Source: Parcubacteria group bacterium LiPW_30 (GTDB taxonomy: Bacteria; Patescibacteriota; Minisyncoccia; Phycocordibacterales; VMEP01). Taken from it: 64,000 nt of DNA. The notes beneath the pieces were generated by a model. It did not search any database. It had not been told where the DNA came from and was given only the letters and a program-made list of their open reading frames with translations. A program made the position numbers and the translations under genes. Shown here piece by piece: positions 46,018-55,905 of this stretch (its first letter is position 1; every line of letters starts with the position of its first letter). The stretch lies in the NCBI GenBank assembly GCA_007375595.1, contig VMEP01000001.1, positions 415,184 to 479,183 of the forward strand. Reading direction: 5' to 3'.

Positions 46018-46215
46018 ATGCAAGGAACAATCAAGACTATCACGGATAGAGGATTTGGATTCATTTCTCGCGAAGGCGAGGCAAAGGATCTTTTCTTTCA
46101 TTCGAAAGAATTGAATGGTGTCACATTTGACGAACTAAAAGTTGGCGATGTCGTTAGCTTTGAAGTTGTTGACGGTGAAAAAGGACCATCAGCTACAAAC
46201 GTATCACGCGTATAG
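46018..46215 (+). CDS. cspA: Cold-shock domain protein
   Basis: RGFGFI, DLFFH, KGPSATNV. Confidence 0.93.
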   Translation: MQGTIKTITDRGFGFISREGEAKDLFFHSKELNGVTFDELKVGDVVSFEVVDGEKGPSATNVSRV

Positions 46216-46302
46216 GCGTCCGTTTGGAAGAAGGCACCTCGATCACTCGGGGTGCTTTTCTTTTTAGGGTGTAATAATTTTTATGTGGTAGAGTAATATT
46301 TT

Positions 46303-47766
46303 ATGGCAAAAGCAGACAGTATAATTTCATTTGAAAAAGTATCTTTTGAGTACGGGCCAAACAAGCCTATTTTAGACACGGCCGATTTTGTCATTCGTCG
46401 TGGAACGAAGATTACTTTGATGGGACAAAATGGCGCAGGGAAAAGCACCATTTTTGGTCTTATTACAAAAGCGCTTACACCAGAAAGTGGAAAAATAAAT
46501 ATCGTTAATAATCTATCAATCGCATTGTCTAGACAGGTTATTCCAAGAGAGGATTTAGATCTTACGGTGCGCGCTTTTTTTGAAAAATGTTTTACCAGCA
46601 AGGTTTATGATATTGATCCTCGGATTGATGAAGTTTTAGAAGTTGTTAATTTAAAGGGTCATGAAAAATTACATGAAAGAATAGTGAGATCTTTTTCTGG
46701 CGGACAACAAGCGCGCCTACTCCTTGCTTCAGCCTTAATCCAGAATCCAGATTTGCTTCTTTTAGACGAGCCGACTAACAACTTAGACACAGCGGGAATT
46801 GAACATCTTACAAAGTTTCTTGTTGATTATAAAAAGACGGTTATTGTTATTTCTCACGATGCTGAATTTTTGAATTCATTTTCTCATGGTGTTTTGTATC
46901 TTGATTTGTATACACGAAAGGTTGAACAATACGCCGGCAATTATTTTGACGTGGTTAAGGAAATTTCAGCACGTATTGAAAAAGAAAACAGAAAGAATGC
47001 TCAACTCGCGAAAGAAATTCAAGAGAATAAAGATAAATCAAACTTTTTCGCACACAAAGGAGGGCAAATGCGTCTTGTTGCTAAGAAAATGAGAGAAAGA
47101 GCAGAAGCGCTTGAAGAAGAAATGGTTGATGTTCGTAAAGAAGATAAGACAATACGTTCGTTCATTATTCCCGCGCAAGATGGAGTTGTTGGGGAAGTTT
47201 TGAATATAACCTCTTTTTCCGTTATTGGTAAAAACCATAAACCAGTTGAAAGGAAAGCCAAACTTTCTCTAAAGCGCGGACAGCACCTACTACTTAAGGG
47301 ACCAAATGGAATTGGAAAAAGTACGCTACTTGAAGCGCTTGCTGGTGGAAAAGCCAAGGGTGCTGTTATCGCAAAAGGGGTGAAGGTTGGTTATTACCGA
47401 CAAGATTTTTCAACACTTAATTTCAATGACACAGTTTTTGATTCTTTGATGGAAGTGATGGACACGAAAGACGAAGACAAAATGCGAAGCGTTGCAGCGG
47501 GGTTCCTTTTGACTGGAGAGGTTGTACGTACAAAAATAGGAAGTTTATCTGAAGGGCAGAAAGGACTTGTTGCTTTTGCGCGATTGGTTCTTGAAAGACC
47601 GGGACTTCTTATTTTAGACGAACCAACAAACCACATAAATTTCCGACACATTCCAATTATTGCGCAGGCTCTAGATAAATATCTCGGGGCGATGATTATT
47701 GTTTCTCACGTGCCAGAGTTTGTGGAACAGATTCGTATTGATGAAACTTTAGATTTGGAGAAATAG
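46303..47766 (+). CDS. ABC-F family ATP-binding protein
   Basis: Two ABC domains (GQNGAGKST, FSGGQ, LDEPTNNLD; GPNGIGKST, LSEGQ, LDEPTNH), no TM. Confidence 0.92.
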   Translation: MAKADSIISFEKVSFEYGPNKPILDTADFVIRRGTKITLMGQNGAGKSTIFGLITKALTPESGKINIVNNLSIALSRQVIPREDLDLTVRAFFEKCFTSKVYDIDPRIDEVLEVVNLKGHEKLHERIVRSFSGGQQARLLLASALIQNPDLLLLDEPTNNLDTAGIEHLTKFLVDYKKTVIVISHDAEFLNSFSHGVLYLDLYTRKVEQYAGNYFDVVKEISARIEKENRKNAQLAKEIQENKDKSNFFAHKGGQMRLVAKKMRERAEALEEEMVDVRKEDKTIRSFIIPAQDGVVGEVLNITSFSVIGKNHKPVERKAKLSLKRGQHLLLKGPNGIGKSTLLEALAGGKAKGAVIAKGVKVGYYRQDFSTLNFNDTVFDSLMEVMDTKDEDKMRSVAAGFLLTGEVVRTKIGSLSEGQKGLVAFARLVLERPGLLILDEPTNHINFRHIPIIAQALDKYLGAMIIVSHVPEFVEQIRIDETLDLEK

Positions 47767-47796
47767 AATATTTACTTTATCACCATGTGCTTCTTA

Positions 47797-47826
47797 TATT
47801 CTAGTATTTTGCAAAATACTAGAATA
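47797..47826. promoter_or_regulatory. Perfect 30-bp palindrome upstream of the ArsR gene
   Basis: tattctagtattttgcaaaatactagaata; 28/30 copy at 48112-48141. Confidence 0.85.
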
Positions 47827-47869
47827 GATAAACGGGGTGGTGTATAATTTATTTACTAAATATAAATAG

Positions 47870-48142
47870 ATGGCTATCAATTACCGGAAAATTGAAAGAA
47901 TTATTAAAGGGTTTGCCAACCATAGGCGGATTCAAATTCTCGATGTATTGAAAAAAGAACCAGAGCTTTCAGTGGACGATATAGCAAAGAAGCTTAATAT
48001 AGGGTATATGAACGCATCAGACCACGTACGCAAGATGACCATTTCTGGACTAGTCATAAAACGTAGCGATGGTAACAGTGTTCGCCACAAGTTAACACCA
48101 TTAGCAGAATCTATTCTAGTATTTTGCAAAAAACTAGAATGA
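47870..48142 (+). CDS. ArsR-family winged-helix protein
   Basis: KGFANHRRIQILDVL, LSVDDIA..L, S.H..KM..SGLV. Confidence 0.85.
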   Translation: MAINYRKIERIIKGFANHRRIQILDVLKKEPELSVDDIAKKLNIGYMNASDHVRKMTISGLVIKRSDGNSVRHKLTPLAESILVFCKKLE

Positions 48143-49392
48143 CTGTAAAAAATAAAAAAATAATTGATGTTGTTGTAATCGGTGGAGGACCAGCTGGGAT
48201 GATGGCTGCGGGGCGTGCGGCCGAACTTGGGCGTTCGGTTGTCCTTCTTGAAAAAAATCAGACACTCGGCAAAAAACTTTTAATTACTGGTGGCGGGAGG
48301 TGTAACGTCACAAACAACAAGAAAGATGTTCGCACCATGCTTTCTAAATACAAAGGAAGTGATAAATTTCTTTTCTCTGCTTTTTCTCGGTTTGGAGTGA
48401 GAGAGACTTTGGAATTCTTCAATAAACGAGGAATGGAAACTAAAGAGGAAAATGAAGGTAGAATTTTTCCAGCTTCAAATAAATCTCAATCTGTCTGGGA
48501 TGTTTTAGTAAAATATATGAAAGAAGGTAAGGTGAGAGTGCAGACAGACGCAGATGTTTCCGGGATATCTTTGGATAAAAAAACGAAGGATTTCTGTATC
48601 AAATTGAAAGACGGGCAAGAAATAATTGCGAAAAAATGTATTTTAGCAACCGGCGGAACTTCACACCCAGAAACAGGGTCAACCGGGGAAGGCTTCTCTT
48701 GGCTTAAAAAGTTGGGACATAAAACATCGGGGAGTAACGTGGCCCTTGTGCCTGTCCGTCTTAAAGATTTTTGGACAAAAGAATTAAGTGGAATAACTTT
48801 GTCTGATATTAAACTTACTGTATTTCAAAACAACGAAAAACGCGGAGTAGAAAAAGGGAAGTTATTGTTTACCCACTTTGGTATTAGTGGACCAACAGTT
48901 TTAAACATGAGCAAAGACATAGGTGAATATGTTCAGTATGGTGAAGTTCGGATTGATATTGATTTATTTCCAAAACTAGACCACAAGGAGTTAAAGAAAA
49001 AACTCCAAGATATCTTGGTAAAAGAGAGTAATAAAAAATTAAAAAATACTATCGACAAATTAGTTCAATCGGCACTCGGAAAAGCTATACTCGAAATCGC
49101 AAAGATAGATGGCGAAACTTTTAACCACAGCGTGAGTAGTGAAGACAGAATTAAATTGGTAGCAATAATGAAAGCTCTCTCACTCAATGTTAAAGGACTA
49201 CTTGGTGCTGACAAGGCTATTGTTACGTCTGGTGGAGTTTCTTTAGAGGAAGTTGATTTTAAAACAATGCAATCGCGAATAGTGCCAAACCTTTATTTGG
49301 TTGGGGATGTTTTAAATATTGATAGGCCGTCAGGAGGGTATAGCCTCCAGATTTGTTGGACCAGCGGGTATGTCGCAGGAAGTAATTGCTAA
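48139..49392 (+). CDS. HI0933/BaiN family flavoprotein oxidoreductase
   Basis: IGGGPAGMMAA, GKKLLITGGGRCNVTN, ATGG.SHP.TGSTG, LFTHFGISGP, VTSGGV, GGYSLQ. Confidence 0.93.
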   Translation: MTVKNKKIIDVVVIGGGPAGMMAAGRAAELGRSVVLLEKNQTLGKKLLITGGGRCNVTNNKKDVRTMLSKYKGSDKFLFSAFSRFGVRETLEFFNKRGMETKEENEGRIFPASNKSQSVWDVLVKYMKEGKVRVQTDADVSGISLDKKTKDFCIKLKDGQEIIAKKCILATGGTSHPETGSTGEGFSWLKKLGHKTSGSNVALVPVRLKDFWTKELSGITLSDIKLTVFQNNEKRGVEKGKLLFTHFGISGPTVLNMSKDIGEYVQYGEVRIDIDLFPKLDHKELKKKLQDILVKESNKKLKNTIDKLVQSALGKAILEIAKIDGETFNHSVSSEDRIKLVAIMKALSLNVKGLLGADKAIVTSGGVSLEEVDFKTMQSRIVPNLYLVGDVLNIDRPSGGYSLQICWTSGYVAGSNC

Positions 49393-49437
49393 CGCTTAAA
49401 TTGAAATCAGACATGTCTATAAGTTAGAATATTAATT

Positions 49438-49800
49438 ATGAACGAACAACTTTCCACACAATTTGAAAAGAAAAGCGACCTTGAAGAGGCCGCATATGAC
49501 GCTAGATTAAGAAAAGATGTTATTTTGCCGAAAGAGGGAACTGGGGCTTATGAAGCTTTAGAAAAAACATGCAATGATTATTCAAATATTGTTGCTCAAG
49601 AAATGACTGCTTCTTCCCTTAAGTTTTTTGAGATAAGTGGTAAAAATAGAAGAGCTCTGCACGCAGAGCTCTGTGTAAAACTTTATGGCACGTCTTGGCA
49701 GGAAACCTCCCGAGACGATACTGACGCTGCTAGACGTTTTGCCCACTATGTCGCTGGGCGTCCTTCGTTTGCAGAGGACTTAAACACTGGCGGGCATTGA
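49438..49800 (+). CDS. Hypothetical protein
   Basis: 120 aa ORF, stop abuts the convergent ORF. Confidence 0.55.
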   Translation: MNEQLSTQFEKKSDLEEAAYDARLRKDVILPKEGTGAYEALEKTCNDYSNIVAQEMTASSLKFFEISGKNRRALHAELCVKLYGTSWQETSRDDTDAARRFAHYVAGRPSFAEDLNTGGH

Positions 49801-50046
49801 TCAGCACTCCACTTCGTCGCCGATGTATTGAAACCTCTTGCCTTCGACCGTGACAACGGTCTTGAAAGTGCCGTCGCCCTGGTCAACGTTGAGCTGGCAG
49901 GTGTCGTACTTGGCTGAGCACAAGAGGAAACGCAGTTCCTCAAGCTCAATCCAGTAGCTTTTCTTGCTCCCGTTTTCATTGACGCGATTGCGGAGCTTTT
50001 CAAGCAATTTCTCCAGCTTTTTCTTGTCACCATGCGTCGTTGCCAT
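49801..50046 (-). CDS. Hypothetical orphan protein, GC-rich
   Basis: GAGGAGG SD 5 nt before ATG; TTGACA upstream on minus strand. Confidence 0.65.
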   Translation of the reverse strand: MATTHGDKKKLEKLLEKLRNRVNENGSKKSYWIELEELRFLLCSAKYDTCQLNVDQGDGTFKTVVTVEGKRFQYIGDEVEC

Positions 50047-50178
50047 TTATGCCTCCTCGAAAAAGATCACGTTGAGTAACTAATTAAAAGGATATAACAC
50101 ATATCAAATATTGTCAATACACTTAAAATTTGTAAGATTTTAGTGGAAAAGTAAGGTAAATTGAGATAAAATCGATAC

Positions 50179-50571
50179 ATGTCATACAGAACTAACATCC
50201 TCAAACAAACAGAAGAAAATATAAATTTTCGAAAAGTTGTTTTTACTGGTGGAAAAAGCCAACTTGTTGTTATGGATATTCCTGTTGGTGGTGAGATTGG
50301 TGAAGAAAAACACGAACACGTGGAACAGACTTTATTTTTTATGAGTGGAAACGGAAAGGCGGTTTTAAATGGAGAAGAAAGCGCTGTTAATTCTGGAGAT
50401 GTGGTTGTTGTTACTCCAGGTACAACGCACAATTTTGTGAACACAGGGAACGAACCATTAAAGGTTTATACTATTTATGCCCCAGCAAACCATATTGATG
50501 GCCGTATTCATAAAACAAAAAATGACGCAGATAATGATAAAGAAGACGAAGCGTTTGGTCACGCTGTTTAA
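50179..50571 (+). CDS. Cupin domain protein
   Basis: QLVVMDIP.GGEIGEE.H, G..HN..NTG..PLK.YT.YAP..H. Confidence 0.9.
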   Translation: MSYRTNILKQTEENINFRKVVFTGGKSQLVVMDIPVGGEIGEEKHEHVEQTLFFMSGNGKAVLNGEESAVNSGDVVVVTPGTTHNFVNTGNEPLKVYTIYAPANHIDGRIHKTKNDADNDKEDEAFGHAV

Positions 50572-50598
50572 TTATTAGTTAATTTTAAAATCATTTTT

Positions 50599-50907
50599 AT
50601 GAAAGGATTTTTAGATTTTATTCGTGAGCAAGGGGTTGTCGGGTTAGCTGTTGGTTTTATTTTAGGCGGAGCTGTTTCTAAGGTTGTTGCTGGTTTGGTC
50701 ACAGACATTATTAATCCGATTATAGGTGTTGCCTTAGGCGCAGCAGGTGAGCTTAAGAGTGCGACGTTTGCGATTGGCCCAGTTCAGATTCTTTGGGGAG
50801 ATTTCGTGAGTATTTTGATTGATTTTGTAATTATTGCGCTTGTTGTTTATTTTGGAGTTAAGTTTATCGGTCTTGATAAGTTAGATAAAAAGAAGGAAAA
50901 CGCCTAA
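50599..50907 (+). CDS. mscL: Large-conductance mechanosensitive channel
   Basis: F.DFIREQGVVGLAVGFILG.A, LVTDIINP, WG.F...IDF. Confidence 0.88.
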   Translation: MKGFLDFIREQGVVGLAVGFILGGAVSKVVAGLVTDIINPIIGVALGAAGELKSATFAIGPVQILWGDFVSILIDFVIIALVVYFGVKFIGLDKLDKKKENA

Positions 50908-50967
50908 CCAAAGCTTAACTAAAGGATTTTTTTAAGTAAGAAAAGCCGTTTTTGTTCGTCTTAACCA

Positions 50968-51477
50968 ATGGAGAAGAATATAAAATATATTGAAAATATT
51001 TTTTTTGACGCGCACTCTATGTACGCAGATGCTATTTTTCGTTACTGCTACTTTAAGGTTGGGGACAGGGAGGTCGCCAAAGATATCACCCAAGATGTTT
51101 TTGTAAAAATTTGGGAGTTTTTAGTAAAAGGTGAAAATATAGAAAACATGAAGGCGTATTTATATAAAGTAGCCCATAATGCGGTAATTGATTTTTGGAG
51201 AAAGAGTAAATCAATTCCGGATAGTAATTTATCTCCTTTAGTTTTTGAAAATGCTCAAGCAAGTGAAAAAACAGAATTGCGGGCAGAATATTCGGTTTTT
51301 CTTTCAATGTTGAAGAAAATATCAGAGGAAGACAGGGATTTAATTGTTATGAGATATGTTGAAGACATGACCCCAGGAGAAATTGCTCAAGTTTTAGGAG
51401 TTCGAGAAAATACAATTTCTGTAAGAATCACACGTGCTGTATCTCGTCTGCGTGATATAGCAGATGGCAACAAATGA
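50968..51477 (+). CDS. ECF RNA polymerase sigma factor
   Basis: AKDITQDVFVKIW, AYLYKVAHN..ID, region 4 EIAQVLG...SVRITRA. Confidence 0.9.
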   Translation: MEKNIKYIENIFFDAHSMYADAIFRYCYFKVGDREVAKDITQDVFVKIWEFLVKGENIENMKAYLYKVAHNAVIDFWRKSKSIPDSNLSPLVFENAQASEKTELRAEYSVFLSMLKKISEEDRDLIVMRYVEDMTPGEIAQVLGVRENTISVRITRAVSRLRDIADGNK

Positions 51478-51483
51478 AATAAT

Positions 51484-52734
51484 ATGAGTCAAGATTTTGA
51501 GAAAAACTTAAGAAATTTAAAAAACATTTCCCTCTCGGAAAACGAGAAGGTTCTTATGCGTGATAACCTTGAGATACATATTAAAAACACGACTCCATCT
51601 AAAGTTGAATCAAGTGTAAGAAAAGGTATTGAAGAACGTCTAAATAACTGGAGGGATTTAAAAGGTCCTAAATTATCAATTATAAGTTTATATTTTAATC
51701 AATTCAAAAATATGCCAGCATTAATTATCGCACTCATAGTAGCCCTCTCAGGGGGAACATCAGCCGTCGCCGTTAACTCATTACCAGGTGATATGTTGTA
51801 TCCGGTTAAGGTTTCAGTAAATGAGCCTATTGCCGGATTGTTTACTGTTTCTCAAGAAGCAAAAACGGTTCGACAAGGAAAGCTCGCAGAACGTAGGTTA
51901 CAGGAAGTAGAAGAGCTTGTCGCTAACGGTGTTTTTGACGAAGAAAAAAGAAGTGAAATAGAAGCCAGGTTAAACGACCACATTAATAAGTTTTCTGTAA
52001 ATGCATCAATACTTGCATCTGATAAAAATAAAGCTATTAGTTCGTCAGAGCTTACAGCTAGACTTGAAGCAGCGTTGATAGCACACCAAGACGTTCTTGG
52101 TAAGGTAACGATCAAGATTGATACCTCAACAAGCACAAGAGAAGAACTAGTTGCGATTATTTCTTTATTAAAAAAATCTGAAGGAGATGTTAAGGGTCAT
52201 CGTGAAAAAATTGACTTAAAACTCGGAGAGGACTCTTCTGATGAAGATGATAATGCCACTACTACAAAAGCCACCACCACAAAAGAAAGTTTACTCGGTA
52301 AACAAGGTGCGGCAGAGAACGTTTTAGCTTCAGCATTGAGAGCTTATGAAAGAGTTAAGCCAGAGCTATCTTCAGAAGTTAACTTTAAGGCTAGTGAAAT
52401 CTTTGCGAAAGCCACAAGTACTCTTGCGGAAGGTAAAGCTAAGGCAGAAAAAGGTGAGTATGCCGATGCTTCAGAAAAATTTCATGAAGTTATTAAATTA
52501 GCTAATAATGGTCGGGTCATTGTTTTATCGAACTCAATTTCTCGCAAAATAGAAGGATCTGACGATAAGGGCCGAAAAGATGAGTTTAGAAAAGATAAAG
52601 AAAGAGATGGTGAAGATAAAGGAAACGCATCATCTACTAGAATTCGTGATAACAACGACGATAATGATGACGACAACGACAGCGACAGTGAAAGAGATAG
52701 TGCTAATAGAGAAAGAGAAGAAGGACGTAGATAA
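51484..52734 (+). CDS. DUF5667-type putative anti-sigma / membrane protein with acidic tail
   Basis: Directly after the ECF; TM then SLPGDMLYPVK..VNE, ERRLQE. Confidence 0.75.
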   Translation: MSQDFEKNLRNLKNISLSENEKVLMRDNLEIHIKNTTPSKVESSVRKGIEERLNNWRDLKGPKLSIISLYFNQFKNMPALIIALIVALSGGTSAVAVNSLPGDMLYPVKVSVNEPIAGLFTVSQEAKTVRQGKLAERRLQEVEELVANGVFDEEKRSEIEARLNDHINKFSVNASILASDKNKAISSSELTARLEAALIAHQDVLGKVTIKIDTSTSTREELVAIISLLKKSEGDVKGHREKIDLKLGEDSSDEDDNATTTKATTTKESLLGKQGAAENVLASALRAYERVKPELSSEVNFKASEIFAKATSTLAEGKAKAEKGEYADASEKFHEVIKLANNGRVIVLSNSISRKIEGSDDKGRKDEFRKDKERDGEDKGNASSTRIRDNNDDNDDDNDSDSERDSANREREEGRR

Positions 52735-52743
52735 TATTTATAG

Positions 52744-52789
52744 ATATACAAAAAACACCCTAGCCATATCTAGGGTGTTTTTTGTATAT
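52744..52789 (+). terminator. Intrinsic terminator
   Basis: atatacaaaaaacaccctag-ccatat-ctagggtgttttttgtatat. Confidence 0.85.
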
Positions 52790-52840
52790 TGTATTTTTTA
52801 CGGTAAAATTACGGCTTAAATATTAATTAGTTGTTTTTAT

Positions 52841-53236
52841 ATGAAGAATATTTTAATTGGAGTAATTGTTATTATTGTTTTAGGCGGCCTTGGTTTTTAT
52901 ATCGTGAAAAATAAAGACGCAAGTAATTATGGTGGTGGTTCACTTCTAAGCCAAAACACAGAAACTTCTCAAACACCAACAACTACGGCATTAAAAGAAA
53001 AAACCTACACATTGGCAGATTTTTCCACACATAACTCAAAAGAGAGTTGTTGGTCAGTTATCAATGGAAAAGTTTATGATTTAACACCTTGGGTTTCAAA
53101 GCACCCAGGCGGGGAAAGTGCGATACTTTCTATTTGTGGTAAGGACGGCACAGACAACTTTCTTGGTAAACATGAGGGAGACGAAAAACCAGAAGCAAAA
53201 TTAGCCACGTTTTATATCGGAGTTCTTGCTCAGTAA
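52841..53236 (+). CDS. Cytochrome b5-like heme/steroid-binding protein
   Basis: HN...SCW.VI.GKVYDLT.W..KHPGG...CGKDGT..F...H. Confidence 0.88.
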   Translation: MKNILIGVIVIIVLGGLGFYIVKNKDASNYGGGSLLSQNTETSQTPTTTALKEKTYTLADFSTHNSKESCWSVINGKVYDLTPWVSKHPGGESAILSICGKDGTDNFLGKHEGDEKPEAKLATFYIGVLAQ

Positions 53237-53260
53237 TTTTTATTAGTATAAATTATAAAT

Positions 53261-53689
53261 ATGTCTATTTCAGACATCGTCGCCCCAATACACGTTGCAG
53301 CCCTTGTTTTTTCCGTAGTCGGGATTTTTTTGGCTGACCACCAAGCCTTCAACTGGATTTTGGGAAAGACGCCAACTCTCGACAAGAAAACACTTTTGAA
53401 ATATCACCACTGGGTTCTTTTAGGTTTATTTTTAATGATTATTACGGGGGCCATCCTTTTTTGGCCAATGCGAGAATATTTACTTCAGGACTTTGTTTTT
53501 GGTATAAAAATGTTTTTTGTTGCAGTCCTAATTGTTAACGGGTTCTTTATTGGGAAACTAATGAATGTTGCAATTGAAAAGCCGTACTCAACACTTAGTA
53601 ATAGAGAGCGTTTTCCGTTAATGTTAAGTGGAGCCGCCTCAACTACTGGTTGGCTAGGAGCATTCATCGCAGCAAACTTTTTGTTTTAG
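53261..53689 (+). CDS. Four-TM membrane protein
   Basis: Four hydrophobic segments with His residues. Confidence 0.7.
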   Translation: MSISDIVAPIHVAALVFSVVGIFLADHQAFNWILGKTPTLDKKTLLKYHHWVLLGLFLMIITGAILFWPMREYLLQDFVFGIKMFFVAVLIVNGFFIGKLMNVAIEKPYSTLSNRERFPLMLSGAASTTGWLGAFIAANFLF

Positions 53690-53769
53690 GAGATATTGCA
53701 GGAACTCGCAAAGTGTGTTAATGTCTATCTATATTCGGCCGAGGCGGCCTATTTTTTTGTTTAAATAAT

Positions 53770-55560
53770 ATGGAAATTAGAAATATAGCTATTATCGCCC
53801 ACGTTGACCACGGCAAGACCACCTTGACCGATGCTTTGATGCGTCAAACTGGTGTTATGAAGGAAGGTGTCACAATGGACTCAAATGCGCTTGAACTTGA
53901 GCGCGGGATTACTATTTATGCAAAGAATACATCAGTTCCATATAAAGGAACGAAAATAAATATTGTTGATACTCCAGGACACGCCGATTTCGGATCTGAA
54001 GTTGAGCGAGTTTTGCGTTCTATAGACTCAGTGCTTTTGGTCGTAGACGCTCAGGAAGGACCAATGCCACAGACTCGTTTCGTTTTGAAAAAATCTCTTG
54101 AGCTTGGATTAAAGCCAATTGTTGTTATTAATAAAATTGATAAACCAGCTGCAGACCCAAAGCACTGTGAAGATTTGGTATTAGAGCTTTTCTTGGAACT
54201 TGGGGCCAATGATGAGCAAGCAGATTTTCCAATTGTGTACGCAATAGGTAGACAAGGTATCGCCAAGACAAATTTAAACGACGATTCTAAAGACCTCACT
54301 CCGTTACTTGATACAATTTTGGAGAAAGTTCCAGCAGCTTCATCTGCCGATTTAATAAACAAGACTCTAGAATTTCAACCATTCAATTTAGGTTACGATA
54401 ATTTCCTTGGACGCCTTGCAGTAGGACGTGTTTATCAAGGGGTGCTTAAGACAAATACAAATTTGTTTATAAAAAAACCAACAGGAGAAACACGAACTGG
54501 AAAAGTTTTAAAAATTTTTACGTTTAACGGGACTGATCGCGTGGAAGAAAAAGAGGCGGTGGCTGGCGATATTGTCTTAATTTCTGGTTTGCCAGATATT
54601 TATATTGGAGAAACAATCACAGACGACACAAATTCTGAGCCTCTTCCTGCAATAAATATTGATGAGCCAACAATTGCTCTTTCTTTTTTGGTTAATAATT
54701 CTCCTTTTGCTGGGCGCGAGGGTAAATATGTTACATCACGACAAATACGTGAGTACTTGGAACGAGAGCTTGAAGTTAACGTCGGGCTAAAGGTTGATTT
54801 TGACTCAGCTGGTGGTGATAGCTTCCGTGTTTTTGGTCGTGGTGAATTACACATTTCTATTTTGCTCGAAAACATGCGACGCGCTGGATATGAAGTGCAG
54901 GTTTCCCAACCACAGGCAATCATTCGAGAAATAAATGGCGAGAAACAAGAACCATTTGAGGAAGTTGTTGTTGATACCCCCAGTGAATTTCAGGGAGCAA
55001 TTATTGAGCGCTTGAGCATGAGAGGTTTTCTTATGAAGAATATGCACCACGCTGAGAAAACAGTGCGCATGATTTTTGAAGGACCAACGCGTGGCCTTTT
55101 GGGTTATCGCGGACAGTTTGTTATTGATACAAAAGGGGAGGGTATTTTGGCCGCACATTTTATTGGATTTAAACCATATGCAGGAGAAATAAAGAAACGC
55201 GCAGTAGGCTCAATGATTTCTATGGCAGCTGGCAAAACACTTGGTTTTTCATTATGGACACTACAAGAACGCGGTGTTTTGTATATTAGTCCCGCAACTG
55301 AAGTTTACGAAGGAATGGTTATTGGAAATACTTCTAAGGGAGAAGAAATGAACGTTAACCCAACAAAAGGAAAACAACTTTCAAACATGCGTTCGTCTGG
55401 TACAGATGAAGCCATTAACTTGGTGCCACCATTTACGCTCTCTATTGAAAGAGGGCTTGAGGTTATGGCGGAAGATGAATATTTGGAAATTACCCCGGGG
55501 AATGTGCGTTTACGAAAACAGTTTTTAACAGAAAACGATCGTACAAAATCACGTCGATAA
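53770..55560 (+). CDS. typA: Translational GTPase TypA/BipA
   Basis: [46 protein letters not shown]. Confidence 0.96.
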   Translation: MEIRNIAIIAHVDHGKTTLTDALMRQTGVMKEGVTMDSNALELERGITIYAKNTSVPYKGTKINIVDTPGHADFGSEVERVLRSIDSVLLVVDAQEGPMPQTRFVLKKSLELGLKPIVVINKIDKPAADPKHCEDLVLELFLELGANDEQADFPIVYAIGRQGIAKTNLNDDSKDLTPLLDTILEKVPAASSADLINKTLEFQPFNLGYDNFLGRLAVGRVYQGVLKTNTNLFIKKPTGETRTGKVLKIFTFNGTDRVEEKEAVAGDIVLISGLPDIYIGETITDDTNSEPLPAINIDEPTIALSFLVNNSPFAGREGKYVTSRQIREYLERELEVNVGLKVDFDSAGGDSFRVFGRGELHISILLENMRRAGYEVQVSQPQAIIREINGEKQEPFEEVVVDTPSEFQGAIIERLSMRGFLMKNMHHAEKTVRMIFEGPTRGLLGYRGQFVIDTKGEGILAAHFIGFKPYAGEIKKRAVGSMISMAAGKTLGFSLWTLQERGVLYISPATEVYEGMVIGNTSKGEEMNVNPTKGKQLSNMRSSGTDEAINLVPPFTLSIERGLEVMAEDEYLEITPGNVRLRKQFLTENDRTKSRR

Positions 55561-55563
55561 AAA

Positions 55564-55607
55564 TATCAAACAAAAACCCTCGCCTATGCGAGGGTTTTTG
55601 TTTGATA
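55564..55607 (+). terminator. Intrinsic terminator after typA
   Basis: tatcaaacaaaaaccctcgc-ctat-gcgagggtttttgtttgata. Confidence 0.85.
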
Positions 55608-55621
55608 ATATTGCTTGATTA

Positions 55622-55640
55622 TATACCCCCTAGGGGTATA
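55622..55640. promoter_or_regulatory. CsoR-type operator overlapping a -10 box
   Basis: tatacccc-cta-ggggtata C/G-tract palindrome, overlapping TATAAT at 55637-55642, upstream of csoR. Confidence 0.85.
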
Positions 55641-55673
55641 ATGGGACTATATTAAATTTAATTATTTTTTATT

Positions 55674-55904
55674 ATGATGTATTACTATGGTAATTTTTTC
55701 CCGTTTGATTGGTTAGGTTTTGGTTTAATGCCTGTGCTAATGATTTTATTTTGGGGTTTGGTTGTTTACGGGGTAGTTCTTTTGTTTCGCGGATTTTCAA
55801 ACAAAGACAATAATAACCGTTCGATTGATATAATTAAGGAGCGTTACGCCAAAGGCGATATCACAAAAGAACAATTTGAGTCGATGAAGAAGGATCTTGG
55901 TTAG
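55674..55904 (+). CDS. SHOCT domain membrane protein
   Basis: TM then IIKERYAKGDITKEQF. Confidence 0.85.
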   Translation: MMYYYGNFFPFDWLGFGLMPVLMILFWGLVVYGVVLLFRGFSNKDNNNRSIDIIKERYAKGDITKEQFESMKKDLG

Positions 55905-55905
55905 T

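Noticed and set aside
52540-52734. Low-complexity GAT/GAC/AAC-rich stretch
   Set aside because: Encodes an ordinary acidic disordered tail; no regular tandem unit
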